Both the position numbers and the translations under genes were made by a program. From Phoronis australis (Eukaryota > Animalia > Phoronida): 64,000 nt of DNA. The stretch covers positions 398,835-462,834 of the forward strand of contig NMRA01000114.1 of the NCBI GenBank assembly GCA_002633005.1. Direction: 5' to 3'. The notes below the pieces were generated by a model. That model saw nothing but the letters and a program-made list of their open reading frames with translations. It ran no database searches and was not told where the DNA came from. Numbering within the stretch: position 1 is the first letter of the stretch; every line of letters starts with the position of its first letter. Of the stretch, positions 57,161 through 64,000 are shown piece by piece.

Positions 57161-59112
57161 ACACACACACAGCATTTTGCAGCACCATCCTGCAAACATT
57201 TTGATGACCTGAGCAACGCCTCCTCTGGTACATTAGGGTACTAATGGTAACACCATGTGCACATAGTAAAATCCTAATTTGCAGATTTCAACTTGGCTAA
57301 CATTGGGATAGTAGGACCCTCACATCTACTCTTGTCCGTTCACTACCCAAACGAAAATAATTTCTCTTAGAAGCACCTCAAGGTATGTTTCCTCAAAAAC
57401 AGAAGCTGTCTATTATAAGCGTAGATATAAACACATTAGTGGTCAAACTTTCACTTTTATTCTTTAATCATCATCATCAGGAAAACAGAAGTATCGTCAA
57501 AGCACAAAGGAGCAAATGGTCACAATTAAACAAACACACGTACAAATCAGAACAGGCGCAGGGGCACGCTGCTACCTTGACGACTTAAGGAAAACATAGC
57601 TTGCTGGTATATGAAATTTCACTNACACACCCACGCACACACACACACACACACACAAACAGACCATCAAAGCATTTTTCAACAACGTAGCCCTTCCCAT
57701 AATTCCACTAACTCTAGCTGTGTGGTGCTACACCCTAGAATAGTGATCAGGTTCGGTTTCATTTAAAACACCTCTTCGCATAATTCCAGTGTCGGAGTGC
57801 TTGCAGTACCCTGACTTCAGTTGCGTGGTGCTGTACCGTAGGATAGTGATCGGGTTCGCCTTCATGGTACCCGATGTGCAATACAACGAAGCATACATCT
57901 CCTTCCTGTTCACGCACCCGGAGTGGAGGGGTGCTGGTATTGGTAGCTTCATCCTCTACCATCTCATACAGGTTTGTTATTGCTTTTGGTGAGGGCACGA
58001 GGCAGTCGACATTGCTCATAACTTGAAAACAGGGTGTTTCAAAAATAGACTTGACTTTAAAGCAGTTTGTTTAATATTACAAGGCTTATTTTGTTTAATA
58101 CAGTACACGCCAAAATTATTCAGCCAAAATTACCCAGAATTCCTTGCATGACGGCTGGGTGGAAGCCGAATTCATCTTCAGTGTAGCCTTCCGTCTTGAC
58201 CGAGAATGAAGAGTATTAAGAAGAATGTTTCTAAGGCGGCTCGGTCATTCTGCAGTTACAATTTTTGTTGCCGTAACGTTTATTACCAATCATTTTTGCT
58301 GTTAACATTGTATTAATTAGCTATCACTGAAGAGACCACTCTCATTTTAAATATTACAATAAATAAATCATGTCGACAAAAAGGTTATTTTGCCCAAGGT
58401 GCAGTTACTTTTTGTCTGATCCTGTACATGATGTTTCAAGTTTAAGTACACATTTCGAGTTTGCTTGTGCCTTCCACGTACTTCATGGTTACAGATATTG
58501 CAATTTCAGCTATCATATGTCTTTTAAAAAGGGACTGCATAATTTGACATTATTTTAATTTTGCTACGTATCCGTCATGGTGCAAAAAATATTTTCGGCC
58601 AAACAAATGTATCTCACATGAATGTATGTGCCTAAGGTTGACTTGTTGGTGCAAGTTATGTCATTTGCACAAATGCTAGTCTTAAGTGAATGCTTTTCTC
58701 ATGTTTATCTCTTAGTATCACTTTTCAATTAGTTTGTCATACATAGAGATCATGTCAGCATAGAGATCATGTCAACATTTGCTGTCAGTAACAGAGTATA
58801 TGTGATATTAAAAAGCTCATATATAGTTGTTTGTGCCTAGTGACAGATGTCAGCGCACACAAACGTGCAGAACGCATGGATGACACCAAGCCGTTTGTCT
58901 GTCGAGTGTAATATTTTTCGCATCTTGTTTTATTTCAGACGTGTATGGGTAAGGATGTTACATTGCACGTGTCAGCTAGCAACCCGGCCATGTTGCTATA
59001 TCAGAAATTTGGTTTCAAACCCGAAGAGTACATTTTGGACTTCTACGACAAGTACTATCCGGAGTCATCGGAAGACTGCAAGCACGCATTTCTTATGCGG
59101 CTCAAAAGGTAG
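44600..59112 (+). CDS. KAT14: KAT14/CSRP2BP (ATAC2) GNAT histone acetyltransferase, complete, 729 aa
   Basis: 15 exons: 44600-44702, 46334-46445, 47129-47260, 48231-48376, 49143-49306, 49809-50019, 50885-51046, 52072-52297, 52579-52699, 54008-54145, 54372-54484, 55536-55622, 56355-56473, 57790-57971, 58939-59112 (2190 nt, phases consistent). Recognised motifs: MLALYNL..GYFHWKD; WHGTVAGTLS..GWW; RLKRKLVVR; SPYTARILKPFIRRDYE; IDYCYVRPQHIP..FFWPGIDLSECLQYPDFS; HPEWRGAGIGSFILYHLIQTCMGKDVTLHVSASNPAMLLYQKFGFK. The middle low-complexity exons are less certain. Confidence 0.93.
44740..45182. mobile_element. Tc1/mariner/pogo-type MITE in KAT14 intron 1
   Basis: TIRs ta-ccgggggttttgcgtagataagc ... gcttatctacggaaaatcctgg-ta, with TA at both ends. 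Confidence 0.7.
47794..48142 (-). mobile_element. Probable LINE 3' stub flanked by 80-bp direct repeats
   Basis: 47794-47873 is nearly identical to 48063-48142. The insert has a minus-strand AATAAA and a QKRW* end resembling L1/Tx1 ORF2 tails. Confidence 0.55.
50286..50460 (+). mobile_element. tRNA-derived SINE
   Basis: A-box-like TGGCCTTGTGTG and B-box GGTTCAAGTCC (50342-50352) at tRNA spacing, with no full cloverleaf. Confidence 0.55.
53283..53837 (-). mobile_element. 5'-truncated L1/Tx1-clade LINE remnant with target-site duplication
   Basis: Encodes a zf-RVT-type C-terminus (CSFC..HLFWEC..FW..LLIAKQYIYK), followed by AATAAA and an A-tail on the minus strand. A 14-bp TSD ACTGAAGAACTTTT occurs at 53283 and 53824. 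Confidence 0.85.
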
Positions 59113-59516
59113 CGCCGCGGAATTCCTTTCTGGAAGCAATCAACGTTGTAATGACCTTTTCCTGGAGTTGTGTGTCAAGCCGGAGAAATTTAGATTCATC
59201 CAATGGATTACACTTAAAATGCAGCCACCAGGTGGCGATACCATCTTGTCCATGAGTTGGCTTACCTAGAACTGCTGAACAACATGTCGTTGAAAATCGA
59301 CATTTTGTGAGTTTGCTCAAAAATAAAGAGAAAGGGAAGCAGAAAAGTTATCAAAAGCAGAAATGGTCGCCTGGCATTGCTTTTCATGTCTGGTATTACA
59401 AGATACTGTCATGCTTTGTTCGTCCAGAAAATATCACATCTTGTTTTAAGTGGATATAATCGGATAGCACCTAAGTAGGACAATATACTCTTGTGTTGGC
59501 ATATGGAGTAAGTAAT

Positions 59517-60300
59517 TTAAGGTTGCGCAGGACTTAAATACTAGTCTGGATATTTAACCAATTATTTGTAAAACTACAGATTTTCATTCAGTATAAGTTC
59601 ATATTTTATGAAAGAAGAAAGCCTGTAGAAGTTTGATTTTTGACTTTATACCATTCTGACGTGATTTTGGTCACATGAACATATCTTTTTACAGTATGTT
59701 ACAGTTTTTTTAATTATCCCTTTGTTTTTGTTTTATGCAACTTTTGAGTTTTTTTATAAAAACGTTTTCATAAAATGTTCAATTTCTGATAGCCCATCAT
59801 ACAAAAGCGGAACGTTTTGAAAACGATTCCAAACAGCATTTTGGAGAACTGTGCATAAGGCGTGCTTTAGGAAAGTTTCGTGTGAATCTTGTGAGCCATT
59901 TCTGAGTTATGATGTTCCGAATTTTGCCAAATTTGGACATTTTCCACCTTTTGCTTCATTCTCAAATAGCTAAGTGTCCAGGTTGTGCCAGATGGTAGAA
60001 AAATGTCCATGTTTGTCAATTTTTGGAACATCATATCTCAGAGATGGTGGATTGGACTTGTACGAAAATTTCACTGTGTATTTTATGCAATGTTATCCAA
60101 AACAATATTAGGAACTGTTTTTAAAATGTTCCACTTTGGCATGAATATCGAAAAATATAATTTCTACTATTTTTATATTGCATTATACGAAAACAAAATA
60201 TTTTAGGAAAGTGTAGAAACCTTGAACATTCAGTTTTTGTCTCATTACTTTTATCTTGTATTGTAGCTGTGTTATTACCAGTTTTCAATACAAGGAACTC
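59517..60300. mobile_element. Interspersed DNA-transposon-like family (other copies ~21900-22300 and ~39000-39400, opposite orientation)
   Basis: Shared block aaaatcaaa..ctacaggctttct(t/a)ctttca..aaaatat..atct(a/g)yagtttt. This copy begins with TTAAGG (possibly Kolobok/piggyBac-like). Confidence 0.55.
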
Positions 60301-62509
60301 CTGCAAGTTTTTTTTTACTGACGTGCCACTTACTTCTGCATCAGTGATCAGTTTGTTAATGTTTCCTTTTATCAGTTGGCTCTAACGTACAACTTTCCGC
60401 ACCGTTTCCAGGGAGGTTTTGATCCAATTCTAGACGGGGCGTTGTATAAGTTTTTTAACGAAGTAGAACTTGTGTCTGAAGCAAGTAGTTCAATCTGTTA
60501 AGTAAAGTACTGTAAGCGTTCGTGCAATTTGTTCAATAGGCCTTTCAGATAAGTTTCAATAACTCCTCACTCACTTCCAAGTTCTACCGTAACTATATTC
60601 TCCTAGTCTTTCACTCAAGGGGCCATAGGCAAAAATGGCATCCATAGCAACTTCATGCTTATCCATTGTGCGTTCTAGAGAAATGGCATTGGTTTAACTG
60701 GAGACTGATTGAATTAGGAATCTTATGGTGAATTACATGCAAATCCAAAATGACATTTTTTGTCTTGACAGATTATACAAAGTGTATGGTGTTCCATTGT
60801 CAGAGTCACCATCTATATCATTATTCCCAATATCATTCAACTCTCTTAGTCGTGTTAACCATACTATAAAGTTTCCTGGTTGTAACGCACATAGGAACAT
60901 GTGAGAGTATCTCCCCCCTGACTCCTGAAACTGACCAATCTCAGTGCCTAGAAGTTCAACGCTTACATCAAGTGTGCCATGTAATTGGGCAATTTTAAAG
61001 TCTTGGTCTTGAACAAAGTTGGTCATCCTGGATCTACATGTTGTCTTTGTTGAGCAGTCTATGCATAAATTAATTCGAAGTTCAAAGAAAATTTCATATC
61101 AAATTTAATTATATTTATTTGGAATAACAATACCGTGAAATGTTGCTGTATGTAAGGAACACAGCTTGAAAACTTTTGAAGTAAATTCAATAACAGTTTA
61201 TTAAATTATACACAAAAGTGCTTGCATACAGTGCAAGCGAACAACACAAAAATAATTAAATGAGCCACATGTTTAAAGCCCTGAAATAAAAGCCATTTCA
61301 CTACATGCTATCCCACGAGTTGCACCATAACACTAAGGCAACCGTTCTATCCTATATTACCATACCTACATCTTGCAGTTTATAATACAAATCGCGACTA
61401 ACTATAAAATAGAGAAACTATTGTCAGATTTTACCTCCTCTTGGAATATTGCACTTGCTGACAGGCTTGTACTTTATGAACGGCGTGGCCTGTGTACAAT
61501 GAAGGGGCTTTTCTCTAATGAAAAATGCTATTTACACCAAATTCCATTCAACCCAACGGCACCAATTATAAAATCTAATCAACTTTACTATGACATGTCA
61601 CAGAAATTTACATTAGACGCGTGTCAACACATGAAAGTTTCAATATATAATTATGATGCTAGAGCGTGTTCAAAAATAACACTGCATATTTCAAACTTTA
61701 CAAAGAATTCTGTACTACGCAAGCCAACAATAGTCTGTAATATCTAACCACTGCGAGAGCACTAAAATGTATGCACCAAGTAATTCTCTGTCCTTCAGTT
61801 TGGTCTCTAGAACATGCAGACAGTGGCTTGCCTAGTGCACCGAACATGCACATGTTCACGATTATTTTCTGTTCAAGTCGGGGAGACATCTCTTGCTAAA
61901 ACACGTCACTGAGACAACGTGGGCGAAGTTTTTAACAAGTTCAGTAACGAAATGAGTTTTTTTTGATAAACTACCGTTTTAATACCACTGAAACTAATAA
62001 TAGACAACAGTAGGAATTTTTTGTTACAAAATAGTGTCATGTAGAAAATACGTCGTGTCTCGGATGCAACAGAAGTCTTAATGAACTGTTTTCATATTTT
62101 CGGTCAACTTAGTACACCACATACATAAGATGCACATATCAAGGTTAACCTTATGGGCATACATGATTGTACATAGGTCACGCTTCACAATAACGCTGCC
62201 CAAGGCTTCAAACAAATAATTTATGAAAGGCTACCACTTTATATACAAGTTCATTTACTACTGCAGTAACAAATCTACTTGACCACAAAGTATACCTCCA
62301 CTAGACCTAGAATCAACAGGATGCTATATTGATTTCAGACGTGCACTACGTCATGATCGGTTCCATCAGATTTGCCCTGCACAACTAACCTGAGCAAGAA
62401 ATGTCCAACAACACCAGGGGGCACTAGTAAAGTACAACTGCACTAATTTAGCACTTCATTAAGTTAGTTTACCTCGCCGTGACATGACACACAAGGACTG
62501 GAATAACAT

Positions 62510-64000
62510 TCAGTTTCCAAAGTTGGGTCTTTCATTGCTGCCAAACAGGGGCCGGGGACCACCAAATAAGGGTCGGGGCCCTCGTATATCTGGCGAGAAA
62601 CCTCCCCTGGGTGAAAAGTCGGGTCTAGGAGAGAACTCGGGTCGCTGGCTAGGGGAGAAATCGGCTCGAGGACTAGGGCTGAAATTAGGGCGTGGAGAGA
62701 AATCTGGACGTGGTGAGAAATCAGGACGAGGTCCCCGCATCTCTGGTATTCTCGGACCCGGAAAATTTGGCCTGGGGCCAGGTCCTGGGCCCATATTCGG
62801 TGGGCCTCCCTGAGTGTTCATGTTAGGCCGTGGACCTGTTTGCATATTTGGTGGACCTGAATTTGGAGGTCCTCCTTGAGGGTTCATGGGGGGTCTAGGT
62901 GGTGGAGGACCACTGGGCCTAGGCCCCATGCCCATATTGTTCATTGGACCACCAAGCCTGTTCATCGGACCACCTGGAACATTCATGTTTGTATTCATAT
63001 TCATGTTATTCCCTTGTGCCCTCATTGGTCCTCCATGTCCAAATTGCCCCAATGGCCCTCCTGTACTGACCATGTTATTTCCTGGTCGAGGACCCATGCT
63101 AGGATTGTTAGCAGGCCCAGACTGAGATATTCGCAGTGCATCTGACCCAACTGAGCTGCCTGGGCCACCAGTTGACGTTCCTGGAAGCGGTAACTTGGGG
63201 CCAATTCCACTTAAATGTGCCAGAGCACTGGAGCCCAACTTAGAGCCGATCTTAGGACTTTTCTTGTTGCCAGGGGCAGGCCCCATGTTCTCTCGTAGCT
63301 GGCCCAACATATTGTTAAAATTTTGGTCAGTGTTCAGAGGACCAGGAGGCCTGTTACCAGACAGACCTATATTTGGCCCACGGGGACCAGGGACAGAGCT
63401 GGGGCCAGGTAACCTGATATTAGTCTGTGCAACACTGCTGGCTTGCGACATGGTGCCAAAGTTGGGTAGGGGAGTGTTCATTCGCTGACTTAAATTGCTA
63501 GGAGGCAAGTTCCCTCCTGGCCCTCGGGCACTGAAGCTCTGTCCAATGTTCGAGGGAAAACCTGGAGGACCTTCCTGTCGTGGCTGGTTCATATGGGATG
63601 GTAATCCAGGCTTCTCCTGCCTTGGCTGGTTCAGATTATGAACATTAGCCATTCTGGTGTTGTTTCCTTGGCCATGTGTATCAGGTCTGGGCTGACCCAA
63701 ATTTGGAGTTGTATTCATACGGAAGGCATTAAACTGCATCCCAAGTCCAGGTGACATCTGATTGTTCTGAGGCCCAGAGCCAGGACCCAAATTTGGAGGC
63801 CTCTGGTTTCCCATGTTAAAAGATGGGCCTTGATTGGAACTGCCCCGAGCTGAACCTGGAACGTTTTGTTGTTGTTGCTGTGGTTGTTGATGCTGCTGCT
63901 GCTGTTGTTGATGCTGCTGCTGCTGTTGTTGATGCTGCTGCTGCTGTTGTTGATGCTGCTGTTGTTGATGCTGCTGCTGTTGTTGATGCTGCTGTTGTTG
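62510..64000 (-). CDS. C-terminal exon of an unidentified polyQ/His- and Pro/Gly/Asn/Met-rich low-complexity protein (5' end outside the window)
   Basis: The reading frame is open from 64000 through the 434-aa ORF to TGA at 62510 (about 496 codons). It encodes QQQQH repeats, then GP/PN/M-rich sequence and RPDFSP repeats. The region is GC-rich against an AT-rich downstream UTR. Confidence 0.8.
   Translation of the reverse strand, partial: QQQQHQQQQQHQQQQHQQQQQQHQQQQQQHQQQQQQHQQPQQQQQNVPGSARGSSNQGPSFNMGNQRPPNLGPGSGPQNNQMSPGLGMQFNAFRMNTTPNLGQPRPDTHGQGNNTRMANVHNLNQPRQEKPGLPSHMNQPRQEGPPGFPSNIGQSFSARGPGGNLPPSNLSQRMNTPLPNFGTMSQASSVAQTNIRLPGPSSVPGPRGPNIGLSGNRPPGPLNTDQNFNNMLGQLRENMGPAPGNKKSPKIGSKLGSSALAHLSGIGPKLPLPGTSTGGPGSSVGSDALRISQSGPANNPSMGPRPGNNMVSTGGPLGQFGHGGPMRAQGNNMNMNTNMNVPGGPMNRLGGPMNNMGMGPRPSGPPPPRPPMNPQGGPPNSGPPNMQTGPRPNMNTQGGPPNMGPGPGPRPNFPGPRIPEMRGPRPDFSPRPDFSPRPNFSPSPRADFSPSQRPEFSPRPDFSPRGGFSPDIRGPRPLFGGPRPLFGSNERPNFGN
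63866..64000 (-). repeat. Coding CAA/CAG/CAT trinucleotide repeat (QQQQH)n
   Basis: Read directly; in frame with the Pro-rich ORF. Confidence 0.9.

Noticed and set aside
61447-61470. miR-92-like TATTGCACTTG
   Set aside because: No good hairpin; at most a miR-92 8-mer target site in the minus-strand 3' UTR.
62484-63488. Plus-strand ORFs overlapping the Pro-rich exon
   Set aside because: Antisense shadows of a GC-rich repetitive coding sequence.

Overview
Eukaryotic, AT-rich, intron-rich animal genomic DNA (probably an invertebrate bilaterian; the taxon cannot be fixed from the sequence), with one assembly gap at 30379-30519. I assembled exon chains by hand using GT-AG junctions and phase checks. 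Four genes are present. (1) The 5' part of a Nuclear factor I (NFI/CTF) gene on the minus strand, running off the left edge. (2) A complete 14-coding-exon Syk-type tandem-SH2 tyrosine kinase on the minus strand (657 aa). (3) A complete 15-exon KAT14/CSRP2BP (ATAC2) acetyltransferase on the plus strand (729 aa), head-to-head with Syk. (4) The last exon of an unidentified polyQ/Pro-Gly-Asn-rich gene on the minus strand, running off the right edge. Introns carry Helentron/DINE-like elements, MITEs, L1/Tx1 3' stubs, a tRNA-derived SINE and micro/minisatellites. The most unusual feature is a 90-bp tandem array built from the 3' splice site plus the first 13 codons of the NFI DNA-binding-domain exon. 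Each unit reads either as a 39-nt in-frame micro-exon plus a 51-nt GT-AG mini-intron, or as a poison acceptor. Similar duplicated splice junctions occur in Syk and KAT14. Most short ORFs in the supplied track are spurious.
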